Origin: an uncultured Chloroflexia bacterium
Lineage (GTDB): Bacteria > Chloroflexota > Limnocylindria > Limnocylindrales > CSP1-4
Assembly (NCBI GenBank): GCA_963741085.1
Contig: CAVUGM010000001.1
Span: 124,558 to 188,557, forward strand
Reading direction: 5' to 3'
DNA length: 64,000 bases
The translations under genes and the position numbers were made by a program. This document shows, piece by piece, positions 40,739-52,824 of this stretch; within the stretch, counting starts at the first letter, position 1; every line of letters starts with the position of its first letter. The notes under the pieces are model-generated. The model was not told the DNA's origin. It did no database searches and worked only from the letters and a program-made list of their open reading frames with translations.

Positions 40739-41173
40739 TCACCGGGCGCGACGCGCAACGACGAGCGTGCCGGCGATCCCGGCCACGAGCGCGACGGAGC
40801 CGGCCAGGGACCACGCGACGAACGACCAGGTGTCGGCGGTCGCCGCGTCGCCGTTCAGCCAGACCAGGACGTCGAAGGCGAACTCCGCGGCGAAGACGAG
40901 GCCGGTGCCGAACAGCATGCCGGCCCCGGCCGCGGTGAATGCAGCGGGCAGGGCCACGATGCCCATGGGGAACGAGAGGTAGAGCGCGACGAAGGCCCCC
41001 ATCCCGAGGCCGATCAGCCAACGCAGTCGCGGCGATCGCGGCTCGACCGGATCGGCGCCCTCGAGCTCAGCGCGCGTGAAGGTGCCGTGACCCGCCGACG
41101 CGTCGAGGTCGGCGGGCGGGCCTGCGTCATCGCCGTCGGTTGCGACGCTCGGCGGCCGATCGTCCGTGCTCAT
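40739..41173 (-). CDS. Hypothetical membrane protein (3 predicted TM segments)
   Basis: Internal ATG of ORF 40739..41287, overlapping the PfkB kinase stop (ATGA). An acidic N-terminus is followed by WLIGLGMGAFVALYLSF..., AGMLFGTGLVFAAEFAF... and FVAWSLAGSVALVAGIAG. Confidence 0.55.
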   Translation of the reverse strand: MSTDDRPPSVATDGDDAGPPADLDASAGHGTFTRAELEGADPVEPRSPRLRWLIGLGMGAFVALYLSFPMGIVALPAAFTAAGAGMLFGTGLVFAAEFAFDVLVWLNGDAATADTWSFVAWSLAGSVALVAGIAGTLVVARRAR

Positions 41174-42072
41174 CCCAGCGCCAGCTCGGACCGCGGCGCA
41201 CCGATCTGCCGCGCCGCCGCGCGATTCCCGGCCTTCAGCGCACGTCGAAGGTCGCGCGTCGTGACCGACCGCCCTGCCGCTGCCCACGACGCCAGGAAGC
41301 CCGCATCGAAGGCGTCGCCGGCGCCGGTCGTGTCCACGGCAGGCAGCGGGCGTGTCGAGACCTCCAGCCGGCCAACCCGATCTCTCCCGCTCCCGGTCAG
41401 CAGCAGCGCGCCATCGGCGCCGCGCTTGACCACCACGAGGGGCGCAAACCGCAACAGCTCGGCCGGTTCCCCTGAACCAAGGAACGCTTCGGCTTCCGCG
41501 CCGTTGGTGAAGAGGAGGTCGGGAGCGATCCTGCGAACGAGCGCCTGGGCTGCCCGCCGCCCCCCGGCGAGGAGGGGCGCCGCCGACGCCAGGTCAACCG
41601 AGATCGCCGCGCCCGCCTCCCGCGCGACCACGACGGCCTGCGCCGCGGCCTCCCCGAGCGGCGACCCGAGCAGCGAGTAGGCCGGGAGATGGAGCACGCC
41701 GGCCCGATGAAACCACCCCGGGCGCAGGTCGCCCGGAGCAAGGAGGTCGGCCGCACCCCGATCCGCAACGAAGCTCCGCTCGCCGGACTGGTCGACGACC
41801 ATCCCGATCCGGGCGGTTCTCGCGCCCGGCGGACGCGCCGCCCTGACCGTCACCCCGTCCCCGCGGAGTGCGGCGACGAGCGCCCGGCCGGCAGGGTCGC
41901 GGCCGACGGCGCAGACGAGGGTGCTCTGCGCCCCGAGGCGGGCCAGCCACCGAGCGGTGTTCGCGGCCGACCCTCCCTGGTGCAGGCGCACCACGCCGGG
42001 AACGTCGGTCCCGCGCTCGAGGGGCCTGGCGGGGGCCAGCACGACGTCGAGGGCGAGGTCGCCGAGGACCAC
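41170..42072 (-). CDS. PfkB family carbohydrate/nucleoside kinase
   Basis: ORF 41170..42270 has [11 protein letters not shown]...[15 protein letters not shown]... and the C-terminal [14 protein letters not shown] anion-hole motif. The start is taken at GTG 42072 (VVLGDL). The longer ORF would add an N-terminal [10 protein letters not shown] stretch encoded by the 9-bp repeat. Confidence 0.8.
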   Translation of the reverse strand: MVLGDLALDVVLAPARPLERGTDVPGVVRLHQGGSAANTARWLARLGAQSTLVCAVGRDPAGRALVAALRGDGVTVRAARPPGARTARIGMVVDQSGERSFVADRGAADLLAPGDLRPGWFHRAGVLHLPAYSLLGSPLGEAAAQAVVVAREAGAAISVDLASAAPLLAGGRRAAQALVRRIAPDLLFTNGAEAEAFLGSGEPAELLRFAPLVVVKRGADGALLLTGSGRDRVGRLEVSTRPLPAVDTTGAGDAFDAGFLASWAAAGRSVTTRDLRRALKAGNRAAARQIGAPRSELALG

Positions 42073-42193
42073 GAGCGCGCGGCCGTCCGATTCCGTGGGT
42101 CTCGCTCGGCTTCGGTCGCGAGGGCCCCATGGCTCGAGGATACGCCGGCGCTCGCCGCTCGGGCGCACTCCGGAGGGTCGGGCGCAGCCTCGC

Positions 42194-42220
42194 GGGTCGG
42201 GCGGGTCGGGCGGGTCGGGC
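42194..42220 (+). repeat. Three perfect tandem copies of GGGTCGGGC, plus a fourth copy at 42175-42183; this gives six evenly spaced G3 tracts
   Basis: The repeat was read directly. The loops between G3 tracts are 2,1,2,1,2 nt. It lies about 150 bp upstream of the tkt start. Confidence 0.9.
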
Positions 42221-42365
42221 GGCGGCCCTCCACCTTCGCCTGCCGCGTCCCGCACGCCGTCCGAGGCCACCCGGGCGGCCTGATCGGCCGTCGGGTCGGC
42301 CTCGGGTCATCGGCCCCGCCCTACAATGTCGGCACTCCACCTGCCCGCCACGGGAGCCCGACGCG

Positions 42366-44448
42366 ATGACCACCCTCAGCCCCGAGCAGCTGGACCAGCT
42401 GGCGATCGACACGATCCGGACCCTCGCGATCGACGCTGTCCAGCAGGCCAACTCCGGCCATCCCGGCGCCCCGATGGGAATGGCACCCGATGGCCTACAC
42501 GCTCTGGACGCGCTTCCTGCGCCACGCGCCGACGCACCCGGATTGGCCCAATCGTGACCGCTTCGTCCTGTCGGCGGGCCACGCCTCGATGCTCCTCTAC
42601 TCGCTCCTCCACCTGACCGGCTACGACCTGCCGATGGAGGAGCTGAAGCGCTTCCGCCAGTGGGGCTCGCGCACGCCCGGCCATCCCGAGTTCGGCATGA
42701 CGCCTGGCGTCGAGGCGACCACCGGGCCGCTCGGCCAGGGCGTCGCCAACGCCGTCGGCATGGCCATCGCGGAGCGGCGCCTGGCCGAGGAGTTCAACCG
42801 GCCCGGCCACGACATCGTGGATCACTGGACCTACGCGATCTGCTCCGACGGCGACCTCCAGGAGGGGATCGCGTCGGAGGCGGCCAGCCTCGCCGGCCAC
42901 CTCAAGCTCGACAAGCTGCTCGTGCTCTACGACGACAACCAGATCCAGCTCGACGGCCCGACCGCGATGGCCTTCTCGGAGGACGTCCTCGAGCGCTTCC
43001 GGGCCTACGGCTGGCAGACTCTCCGGGTCAAGGACGGCACCGACGTGGGGGCGATCGACGCTGCCATCCGGCTGGCTCGCTCCGACGACCGGCCTTCGAT
43101 CATCGCCGTCCGGACGGTGATCGGCCAGGGCTCGCCGAACAAGGCGGGCAGCCAGAAGGCCCACGGCGCCGCGCTCGGAGCGGACGAGGTGCGCCTCACG
43201 AAGGAGGCCTACGGGTGGGACCCCGACCGCACGCTTCTACGTGCCGGACGCCGTGGCCGCCTTCTTCTCGCGGGCGATCCTCTTCGGCGAGGAGCTCACG
43301 GGCCGCTGGAACGCAGCCGTCGAGCGCTACCGGTCGGCCTACCCGGCGGAGGCCCGCGAGCTCGAGCGCCGCCTCGACGGCGACCTCGCCGCCCGGGTGG
43401 GACGCCACGCTCCCCCGCTGGGAAGCGGGCGCCGAGGTGGCCACCCGCAACGCCAGCGCCGACACGATCAACGCGCTGGCCGCCGGCCGTCCCGGAGCTC
43501 TTCGGCGGCTCGGCCGACCTCTCCGAGAGCAACCTCACCGACGTCAAGGGCGGCGGCGACTTCACCCCGACAGCTGCCGGCCGCAACCTGCGCTTCGGCG
43601 TCCGCGAGCACGCCATGGGCGGGATCGCGAACGGGATCGCGTTGCCACGGCGGTTTCCGGCCGTACGTCGCGACGTTCCTCACCTTCTCCGACTACATGC
43701 GCGGCAGCGTCCGCATCGCGGCCCTCTCCGGGCTCCCGGTGACCTACGACTGGACCCACGATTCGGTGGGCCTCGGCGAGGACGGGCCGACCCATCAGCC
43801 GGTCGAGCACTACGCGGCGCTCCGCGCGATCCCCAACCTGTGGTTCGTCCGGCCGGCCGACGCGAACGAGGCGGCCGCCGCCTGGGCGCTGGCCCTCGAG
43901 CGGACCGCCGGGCCGACGGCCCTGGCGCTCAGCCGCCAGAAGCTGCCCGTGCTGCCCGGCACGGCCGAGAAGGCCCGCGACGGCGTCCGCCGCGGGGGCT
44001 ACGTCGTGCGGCCGGCGTCGAACGAGGCGGTCCGGCGTCAACCCCGACCTCGTCTACGTCGCGACCGGCTCTGAGGTCCAGCTGGCGGTCGCGGCTGCCG
44101 AGGCCCTCGAGGCCGAGGGGATCGCGCACTCGCGTCGTCTCGCTCCCCTGCTGGGAGGCGTTCGAGGCCCAGGACGCGGCCTACCGCGAGTCGGTCCTGC
44201 CCGCGGCGGCCCGCCGGCGCGTCGCCGTCGAGATCGGCGTCTCGCTGGGCTGGGAGCGCTGGACGGGCGACGAGGGGGCGATCGTGGCCCTCGACCACTT
44301 CGGCACCTCCGCTCCGGCCGGCACGATCCTGGCCGAGTTCGGCTTCACGGCCGACGCCGTCACTGCCGTCGGCCGGCGCGTCGTCCGGGAGGGCTTCCAC
44401 GGCCGGGTCGCCGCCCCGCCCTCACCCCATCCGGGAGGTGGCCGCTGA
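42366..44448 (+). pseudogene. tkt: Transketolase, broken by 7 frameshifts (possibly assembly indels)
   Basis: The pieces are [41 protein letters not shown] | [11 protein letters not shown]...[17 protein letters not shown]...GHPE...TTGPLGQG... | [11 protein letters not shown] | [12 protein letters not shown] | [13 protein letters not shown]...FGVREHAMG | [14 protein letters not shown]...[18 protein letters not shown] | [10 protein letters not shown] | [14 protein letters not shown]. The start-coordinate frames step 0>1>2>0>1>2>0>1. Confidence 0.9.
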
Positions 44449-44900
44449 TGCGCGTCGCCTTCGCCGCCGACCACGGCGGCGCCGAGCTGAAGGCCGTGCT
44501 GCTGGGCCGCCTCGCCGACACCGGCCACGAGCTGATCGACCTCGGCGGGGACGGTTCGGATCCCACCGACGACTACCCGGACTTCGCCCGTCGCCTGGCG
44601 CACGCGATTCGCGACGGCGATGCCGAGCGCGGGATCCTCGTCTGCGGGAGCGGGATCGGCGCCAGCGTGGCGGCGAACAAGGTGCGCGGCGTCCGGGCCG
44701 CGGTCGCCCACGACACCTACTCGGCGCACCAGGGGGTGGAGCACGACGACATGAACATCCTCTGCCTCGGGGGCCGGGTCATCGGAACCGAGACGGCCGT
44801 CGAGTGCGCCCGGGCCTTCATGGGCGCGACGTTCACCGGCCAGGAGCGCCATGTCAGGCGCCTTGCCAAGATCCTCGCCATCGAGGCCGAGGGCCGCTGA
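44448..44900 (+). CDS. rpiB: ribose-5-phosphate isomerase B
   Basis: [15 protein letters not shown]...[24 protein letters not shown]...[14 protein letters not shown]. It overlaps the tkt stop (TGATG) and is intact. Confidence 0.9.
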   Translation: MRVAFAADHGGAELKAVLLGRLADTGHELIDLGGDGSDPTDDYPDFARRLAHAIRDGDAERGILVCGSGIGASVAANKVRGVRAAVAHDTYSAHQGVEHDDMNILCLGGRVIGTETAVECARAFMGATFTGQERHVRRLAKILAIEAEGR

Positions 44901-44989
44901 TCGCAGCGCGCTCCGCGGTTCCGCCGGGCGGGCGCGATCCCGGCGACCACGGCGGGCCGCGGGTAGACTCCACGGCGCAGGAGGACCCC

Positions 44990-46781
44990 ATGCCCGAGAC
45001 CACCCCCTCATCATTCGAGCCGGGCACGCTCGACGCCCGGATCGACGACCCGACCCTCGCCGCGGCCGTGGCCGCCGCCGTCGCCCGGGCGGACGCCGAG
45101 CGCTGGGCCGACCGCCTGCATGAGCGCGACACGACCCTCTGGTCGAGCGACCCGGCCGTGCAGGAGAAGGTCGGCAATCGGCTCGGCTGGCTCGACCTGC
45201 CGTCCGACTTCAGCGATCGGGTGCCCGGCCCTCGAGGCTTTCGGCGAGACGATCCGCAACCGGGGCTTTATGGCCGCGATCGTCGCCGGCATGGGCGGCA
45301 GCAGCCTGGCCCCCGAGGTGATCGCGACCGCCTTCGGCGACGTCGAGGATTGGCTGCAGGTCCGGGTCCTCGACTCGACCGACCCCGCCGCGGTCGCGGC
45401 CGCCTGGGACGGCCTCGATCCGCTGGCCACGCTCTTCATCGTCGGCTCCAAGTCCGGGACCACGACCGAGACCCTGGCGTTCCAGGCCGACGCCTGGCAG
45501 CGGATCCACGACCAGCTCCGGGCGCACGGCGCCCGGACTGAGTCGCCCGGGGAGTTCATGGTCGCGGTGACCGATCCCGGCAGGTCGCTGGCCGCGATTC
45601 CGCACCAGGACGACATGTACGAGGTGTTCCTCAATCCCGAGTCAGTCGGCGGTCGCTACTCGGCGCTGAGCTACGTGGGCCTTCTGCCCGCCTCGCTGGC
45701 CGGCGTCGACCTCGACCCGTTCATGGCTGCCGCTGCCGGGATGCACGCCCGCTGCATGGTCCCCGAGGCTGCGGCAAACCCCGGGATCGCGCTGGGAGCC
45801 GCGATGGGCGCCCTCGCCTCGGCCGGGCGCGACAAGCTGACGTTCGTGGTGGACCCGGCGATCGGCCCGCTGGGAGCGTGGCTCGAGCAGCTCGTGGCGG
45901 AGAGCACCGGCAAGCTCGGCACCGGGATCGTGCCGGTGGATCGCGAGCCACTGGGCGCGCCCGCGGCCTATGGCCCGGACCGTGTCTTCGTGCGGATTGC
46001 CCTCGACGGTTCAGCGCCGCCGGCCGCGGCGTCCGACGCCGCCTCCGTCGACGACCTCCTCGACACCCTCGCGGGGGCCGGCCACCCGGTCATGCGCTTC
46101 GACCTCGTCGACCCGATCGACCTTGCTGCCGAGTTCTTCCGCTGGGAGGTCGCGACGGCGATCGCCGGTGTCGTCATGGGTGTAAACCCATTCGACGAGC
46201 CCAACGTAACCGAGTCCAAGGAGAACACGAAACGGGTGCTCGAGGAGCTGGAGCACCAGGGCCACTTCCCGCACGAGGAGCCGATCGCGGCCGGCGACGG
46301 GCTCACGCTCTACGGCGACACGGCGCTGCGAATCACCGCCGGCGATGGGACGCTCGTGAGCGAGCTGCGCCGCCACCTGGACCGGGCTCGACCGGGCGGC
46401 TACCTGGCGCTGGGTGCCTTCGTGGCGCCGACCGCCGGGCGCGCCGCAGCGCTCGATCGAATCCGGGGCCGGCTGCGCGACGCGACGCGCCTGGCCACGA
46501 CCGGCGGCTTCGGGCCGCGCTACCTGCACTCCACCGGGCAGCTCCACAAGGGCGGGGCGCCGATCGGTTGGTTCCTTCAGCTCACCGCCGACCACCCGGT
46601 CGACCTCCCGGTACATGGCAGGCATTACTCGTTCGGCCAGCTGGTCGACGCCCAGGCCCGTGGCGACTTCGAGTCGCTCGAGGCGCACGACCTGCCCGTC
46701 CTGCGGGTCCACCTCGGGGCTGACGTCGAGGCCGGCCTTGCCGCGCTCGATGCGGCGCTGGCCGCCGCGCTTCGTCAGTAG
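44990..46781 (+). pseudogene. pgi: Glucose-6-phosphate isomerase (the form found in tal-pgi type clusters) with a single frameshift at about 45227 (possibly an assembly indel)
   Basis: ATG 44990 follows CAGGAGGA. The N-terminal 79 aa are in the ORF 44438 frame (..RLHERDTTLWSSDP..LGWLDLP). The rest is in ORF 45120 (GMGGSSLAPEV...FIVGSKSGTTTET...GGRYSALS..NPFDEPNV). An extra G can be read at 45227-45228. Confidence 0.85.
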
Positions 46782-46839
46782 CAGCGCACCGTTCGCCGGC
46801 GTAGACGCGTCGCGTCCCCCGCTCAACAGGAGGTTCCTG

Positions 46840-47736
<897 letters not shown>

Positions 47737-47806
47737 CCGAGCGGTGGTCCGGTCCGCCAACGCAGGGACACCGGTTCCGTCCGCCCGGCCCGCCGACGAT
47801 CCGCCG

Positions 47807-49393
47807 ATGACGGCGCGCGACCTTCGTCTCGCCCGCGCCGGACGGCGCCGGCCCACCCGGAAGGCGGCCGGCAATCCGCTGCGGGAGGGCCTGCGCCTGG
47901 AGCGCCTGCCGGATCCGGCGGCGTTCGTCCTCTTCGGCTCGACGGGCGACCTCGCCCACCGCAAGGTGGTCCCGGCACTCTTCCAGCTCTGGCGCACGAA
48001 CCTGTTGCCCCACGAGTTCGCCATCGTCGCCGTCGGGCGCCGCCCGTACGCCGACGACGCCTTCCGAGCCGAGCTGCGCGCCTCGCTCGAGCAGTTCAGC
48101 CGGGTCCTCCCGATCGAGGCCGGCGTCTGGGACTCCTTCGCCGAACGCATCAGCTACCAGCGCGGCGACTTCGCGGACCCGACGCTCTACGAGGCACTGT
48201 CGACCCGCCTCGACGAGCTCGACGCCATCCAGGGCACACGTGGAAACCGGCTCTACTACCTCGCCACCCAGCCGTCGGCGTTCGCGGAGATCATCGCCGG
48301 GCTTGGGCGGGCCGGCCTCGACCACGAGCAGCACGGCGCCGGCTGGCGCCGGATCGTCATCGAGAAGCCGTTCGGCCGCGACCTGGCCAGCGCGATCCGG
48401 CTCAACCGGGAGGTGGGCAAGGTCTTCCGCGAGTCGCAGGTCTATCGCATCGACCACTACCTGGGCAAGGAGACCGTTCGCAACATCCTGGTCTTCCGGT
48501 TCGGGAACGGGATCTTCGAGCCGATCTGGCACCGACGCTACGTCGACCACGTCCAGATCACGGTCGCCGAGTCGATCGGGGTCGAGAAGCGCGGCTCGTA
48601 CTACGAGGAGGCCGGCGCCTCGCGCGACTTCCTCCAGAACCACCTGATGCAGCTGCTGGCCCTGGTGGCGATGGAGCCGCCGGCGACGTTCGACGCCGAC
48701 GCCCTGCGCGACGAGAAGGTGAAGGTCCTGCGGGCCATCGAGCCGATGACACCCGGCGACGTCGCCGAGAACGTGGTGCGCGGCCAGTACGGGCCCGGCT
48801 GGGTGGCCGGCGAGCCGGTCGTCGGCTACCGATCCGAGGCCGAGGTCGATCCCGAGTCGGAGACCGAGACCTATGTCGCCGCCCGGCTCTTCGTGGACGA
48901 CTGGCGGTGGGCCGGGATCCCGTTCTACCTGCGCGCGGGCAAGCGGTTGCCAAAGCGGGCCACGGAGATCGCGATCCAGTTCAAGCAGGTCCCCCACGCC
49001 ATGTTCAAGGAGTCGAATGCCACCCCCGAGGCGAACCTGCTGGCGCTCCGCATCCAGCCCGACGAGGGGATCCTGCTGCGTTTCGCGGCCAAGGTTCCGG
49101 GCCTCGGCGTGGATGTCCGGAGCGTGAACATGGACTTCACGTACGGCTCGGCCTTCAGCGTGGACAGCCCCGACGCGTACGAGACGCTGATCCTCGACGC
49201 GCTGCTGGGCGACGCGTCGCTCTTCACGCGCTCCGACGAGGTCGAGAAGGCCTGGGGGATCGTCACGCCGATCATCGACGCGTGGGCCGACGCCGCGCCT
49301 CCCGACCTCCCGAACTACGCGGCCGGGTCCTGGGGCCCGGAGACCGCGGACGCCCTCCTGGCGAGGGACGGGCAACGGTGGCGCCGGATCTGA
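47807..49393 (+). CDS. zwf: glucose-6-phosphate dehydrogenase
   Basis: ORF 47744..49393 has FVLFGSTGDLAHRKVVPAL, RIDHYLGKE, the EKPFGRDL region and DWRWAGIPFYLRAGKRL. The start is ATG 47807 or GTG 47744. Confidence 0.9.
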   Translation: MTARDLRLARAGRRRPTRKAAGNPLREGLRLERLPDPAAFVLFGSTGDLAHRKVVPALFQLWRTNLLPHEFAIVAVGRRPYADDAFRAELRASLEQFSRVLPIEAGVWDSFAERISYQRGDFADPTLYEALSTRLDELDAIQGTRGNRLYYLATQPSAFAEIIAGLGRAGLDHEQHGAGWRRIVIEKPFGRDLASAIRLNREVGKVFRESQVYRIDHYLGKETVRNILVFRFGNGIFEPIWHRRYVDHVQITVAESIGVEKRGSYYEEAGASRDFLQNHLMQLLALVAMEPPATFDADALRDEKVKVLRAIEPMTPGDVAENVVRGQYGPGWVAGEPVVGYRSEAEVDPESETETYVAARLFVDDWRWAGIPFYLRAGKRLPKRATEIAIQFKQVPHAMFKESNATPEANLLALRIQPDEGILLRFAAKVPGLGVDVRSVNMDFTYGSAFSVDSPDAYETLILDALLGDASLFTRSDEVEKAWGIVTPIIDAWADAAPPDLPNYAAGSWGPETADALLARDGQRWRRI

Positions 49394-50706
49394 GCGGCCG
49401 GCCGCCAACTGGGGGGCTGGTGCAGGACGGCGTCGCCTCGGGCATCGTGGTGCCGTTCGACGTCGCAGCCCTGCCGGGCCTGCCGACGCTGCGTTGGGCG
49501 GGGCGGGCAACGTCCGTGGCCGGGATCGAGCGTGAGCTCGGCAGGATCTGGAGCCAGCCGCAGGCCCAGTCGGCCCGCGCCGGGGGCCCGGAGCGCCTGG
49601 TCGCGGCCCGCACGAGCGTCCTCAACCTCGTGGTCGTGGCGACCAGCCCCGAGCTGGGCGAGCGGGCGGCGGCGACGCTGGCCATGGGAACCGGACGCCA
49701 CCCGTCCCGGACCCTGATCCTCGTTCCGACCGACCCGGACGGACCGGCCTGGCTGCGGGCCGACGTGAAGGCCTTCTGCATGGTGCCACGTGTCGACGGG
49801 CCCGAGACCTGCGCCGAGCAGGTGTACGTGCTGGCGGGCGGCGATGCGGGCCACCACCTGCAGGCGATCGTGGCGCCCCTGCTCATCCACGACCTGCCCG
49901 TGACGGTCTGGTGGCCGGGCGACCCGCCGTTCGGCAGGGAATCGACCGCCAGCCTGGTAGGGATGGCCGACCGGCTCGTCGTGGATGGCTCGCGCTGGAA
50001 CGGTGACGGGCTCGACCGGCTGCGGGCGCTGTCGAGGCTTGCGCGACCCTCGCTTCCGATCTCCGACTTCGCTCTCATCCGCCAGGCGCGCTGGCGCGAG
50101 GCAGTCGCCTCGATCTTCGACCACGAGGCGTTCGCGCCGTATCTCCGATCCCTGCGCCGGATCGCGGTCACGTACGCGACCCACGGCGGGCCAGGCGCGG
50201 AGGCGGGCACCAACCTCGTGAAGCCGATCTATCACGTGGCCTGGCTCGCTGCGCGGCTCGCGCTGCGGGTCTCGAGGCCGTTGGCGCGGGTCGACCCGCT
50301 CGCGGCCGAGGGAGGGCGGCCATCGCAACTCGCGCCGGGCGCCGACCCGGATCCGGGACGGGAAATGCGGGCACTGCTCGCCTGGGAGCGTGGAGCGCAG
50401 GTCGAGGTTGTGGTGCGGCCGGTGGTGGCCCCCGTGGTTGCCGGCACGACCCTGCAGGTCGAGCTGCTCGCGGAGCGGCGCGGCTCGGAGCTGCGGGCCG
50501 AGGTGTCCGCCGAGGCCGAGGTCGTGCACGTGTCGGTCTGGCAGGATGGCATCGAGGCGCTCGGTCGAACGTTCCACGCCGTGCGGCTGACGGAAGCGGA
50601 GCTCCTCGCCGAAGCCATCGAGGCGGGGGGCCGCGACCCGATCGCGGAGGGGACGCTCGCCATGGCTGCACGCCTCGCGGGGCCCGTCGCGGAGGCGGAG
50701 GCGTGA
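49378..50706 (+). CDS. opcA: Glucose-6-phosphate dehydrogenase assembly protein OpcA
   Basis: GTG 49378 overlaps the zwf end. The sequence includes RTSVLNLVVVA...GRHPSRTLILVP...HDLPVTVWWPGDPPF.... Confidence 0.85.
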   Translation: MAPDLSGRPPTGGLVQDGVASGIVVPFDVAALPGLPTLRWAGRATSVAGIERELGRIWSQPQAQSARAGGPERLVAARTSVLNLVVVATSPELGERAAATLAMGTGRHPSRTLILVPTDPDGPAWLRADVKAFCMVPRVDGPETCAEQVYVLAGGDAGHHLQAIVAPLLIHDLPVTVWWPGDPPFGRESTASLVGMADRLVVDGSRWNGDGLDRLRALSRLARPSLPISDFALIRQARWREAVASIFDHEAFAPYLRSLRRIAVTYATHGGPGAEAGTNLVKPIYHVAWLAARLALRVSRPLARVDPLAAEGGRPSQLAPGADPDPGREMRALLAWERGAQVEVVVRPVVAPVVAGTTLQVELLAERRGSELRAEVSAEAEVVHVSVWQDGIEALGRTFHAVRLTEAELLAEAIEAGGRDPIAEGTLAMAARLAGPVAEAEA

Positions 50707-51539
50707 GCGGAGCGCGCGGCGAGCCGGCCATCGTGGTTCGGCCCGACGCGCGGGCTGCGGCCGCGGCGGTGGCCGGGATCCTCGTCGACGCGCTGGTGGC
50801 TGGCGCCGCGCGGCACGGGCGCGCCGACTTCGCCTCGACCGGGGGCTCCACACCCGCCGCCGTCTACCGCGCGCTCCTGGCCGAGCCGCTCCGGGGACGG
50901 GTCCCGTGGGACGTGCTCCATGTCTGGCTCGGCGATGACCGCTTCGTGCCGCGTGGCGATCCCGACTGCAACCTCGGCGCGATCGACCGTGTCCTCCTCC
51001 CCGGAGACCCCGCGCGCGGGCTCGCACCGGCCCCGCTTGACCCCGCTCACGTCCACGCCTGGCCCATCGATGCCGCGTTGAGGGACGGCGAGCCGCCGGC
51101 TGCCTGCGCGGCCCGGTTCGAGGAGACGCTCCGCTCGGAGCTGCCCGCGGATGGGGAGGACCGCCCGGTCTTCGCCGCGATGCTAGTGGGGGTCGGTCCC
51201 GACGGGCACCTGCTCTCGGTCTTCCCTGGCAGCGCCGCCTTCTCCGCGCCGGGCTGGACGACATGGGTACCCGCCCCCATGCACGTCGGGCCGCACCTGG
51301 ACCGGGTCACGCTTACGCCGCTCGCCCTCGACGCCACGCCAGGCCTGGTCGCGGCCGCCTTCGGCGCGTCGAAGGCGGCGGTCGTCGCCGAGCTCCTCGA
51401 GCCGAACGCGGCCCGTGGAGAGGGAACGTTCGACGAGCGTCGCCTGCCCGCCCTGCGCGCCCGCCGGGCCGGGGCGACCTGGGTCCTCGACGTGGCCGCC
51501 GCCGCGGGGTTGCCCGCCGACGACCCGCGCCGGCGCTAA
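50703..51539 (+). CDS. pgl: 6-phosphogluconolactonase
   Basis: It overlaps the opcA stop. The sequence includes STGGSTPAAVYRAL...WDVLHVWLGDDRFVP...LVGVGPDGHLLSVFPGS. Confidence 0.85.
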   Translation: MSGARGEPAIVVRPDARAAAAAVAGILVDALVAGAARHGRADFASTGGSTPAAVYRALLAEPLRGRVPWDVLHVWLGDDRFVPRGDPDCNLGAIDRVLLPGDPARGLAPAPLDPAHVHAWPIDAALRDGEPPAACAARFEETLRSELPADGEDRPVFAAMLVGVGPDGHLLSVFPGSAAFSAPGWTTWVPAPMHVGPHLDRVTLTPLALDATPGLVAAAFGASKAAVVAELLEPNAARGEGTFDERRLPALRARRAGATWVLDVAAAAGLPADDPRRR

Positions 51540-51650
51540 CGTCCCGCAGCACGGAGGGCAGTTTCGCGGCGTCCGGGCACGCAGTACGATGGCCGCCTGC
51601 CACGGCCTCCCTCACCAGGCCAGCCGGCCCGCCCTCGAGGACACGCCACG

Positions 51651-52811
51651 ATGACCGACAAGCCTGCAAAGCCGAGCGCCGCGGTCGAGGCCGCGCCGAT
51701 CCCGCTCCCGACCCACACGGTCGATGGCCGGCCCTACTCGCCGGGACTGGAGGGGGTTCTGGCTGCCGAGACCCAGCTCGGGCTCGTCGACGGCGCCAAC
51801 GGCCGCCTCATGTACCGCGGCTACCGCATCGGAGACCTCGTCGCCCACGGCACGTTCGCATCCGTCGCCAACCTCCTCTGGACCGGCAACTGGGACCCGA
51901 AGGCGCGCATGTCCGCGGGACGCGTGCCGTCGGCCGTGATGGCGGCCCTGCGGGCGATGCCTCGAACGGCCAAGCCGATGGACGCCCTGCGCACCGCGGT
52001 CTCCGTGTGGGGCGCGTCGCAGGTCCTCGACTGGCCGCCGACCGAGGTGCAGGCGCGCGCGCTCACCGAGTTCTCGCCGTCGGCCCTGGCTGCCTTTGTG
52101 CGCCTCCGCCAGGACCTCGAGCCGATCGACCCGGACCCGAAGCTGGATCTCGTCTCCGGCTTCCTCTACCAGCTCAGCGGCGAACGACCGGACAAGGCCA
52201 CCGCGCGCGCCCTCGACGCGTACTTCATCGTGGGCGCCGAGCACGGGCTCAACGCCTCGACGTTCACGGCGCGCGTCATCACCTCGACCAAGTCGGACAT
52301 GGCCTCGGCCGTCTGCGGGGCGATCGGGGCGATGAAGGGCCCGCTGCACGGAGGAGCTCCGTCCGAGGTCGTCGAGCAGATCCACAAGGTGGGCTCGCCG
52401 GAGCACGCCGAGGAGTGGGTCCGCGACGCGCTGGCCCGCGGCGAACGGCTGATGGGCTTCGGCCACCGCGTCTACCGGGCATACGACCCGCGGGCCGCCG
52501 CGCTGCGCAAGGTGGTCGAGGCGATGCCCACCAAGCCCGACTGGCTCGACCTCGCGATCAAGGTCGAGGACGTCGCCCTCAAGGTCCTCGAAGAGAAGTA
52601 TCCCGATCGGCCGCTCAAGACCAACGTCGAGTTCTACGCGGCCGCGGTCCTCCAGGGCGTCGGCCTGACGCCCGACCTCTTCCCCGCCACATTCGCCCTG
52701 GCCCGCCACGCGGGCTGGACGGCCCACGTGATCGAGCAGGCCTCGGCGAACCGCCTCATCCGGCCCGACGCCCGGTTCGTCGGCACCGAGGAGCGCGACC
52801 TTCCGAGATAG
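51651..52811 (+). CDS. Citrate synthase / 2-methylcitrate synthase family protein (short ~385-aa type)
   Basis: PGLEGVLAAETQLGLVDGANGRLMYRGYRIGDL...AEHGLNASTF..GAMKGPLHGGA...MGFGHRVYRAYDPRA...NVEFY. Confidence 0.9.
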   Translation: MTDKPAKPSAAVEAAPIPLPTHTVDGRPYSPGLEGVLAAETQLGLVDGANGRLMYRGYRIGDLVAHGTFASVANLLWTGNWDPKARMSAGRVPSAVMAALRAMPRTAKPMDALRTAVSVWGASQVLDWPPTEVQARALTEFSPSALAAFVRLRQDLEPIDPDPKLDLVSGFLYQLSGERPDKATARALDAYFIVGAEHGLNASTFTARVITSTKSDMASAVCGAIGAMKGPLHGGAPSEVVEQIHKVGSPEHAEEWVRDALARGERLMGFGHRVYRAYDPRAAALRKVVEAMPTKPDWLDLAIKVEDVALKVLEEKYPDRPLKTNVEFYAAAVLQGVGLTPDLFPATFALARHAGWTAHVIEQASANRLIRPDARFVGTEERDLPR

Positions 52812-52824
52812 GGCGCCCGCATCG

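Noticed and set aside
36952-42072. psuG plus the PfkB kinase as a pseudouridine (psuG-psuK) catabolic operon
   Set aside because: The two genes are 3.2 kb apart. They are separated by an oppositely oriented S9 peptidase gene and two other genes. The PfkB protein cannot be assigned to pseudouridine kinase from motifs alone.
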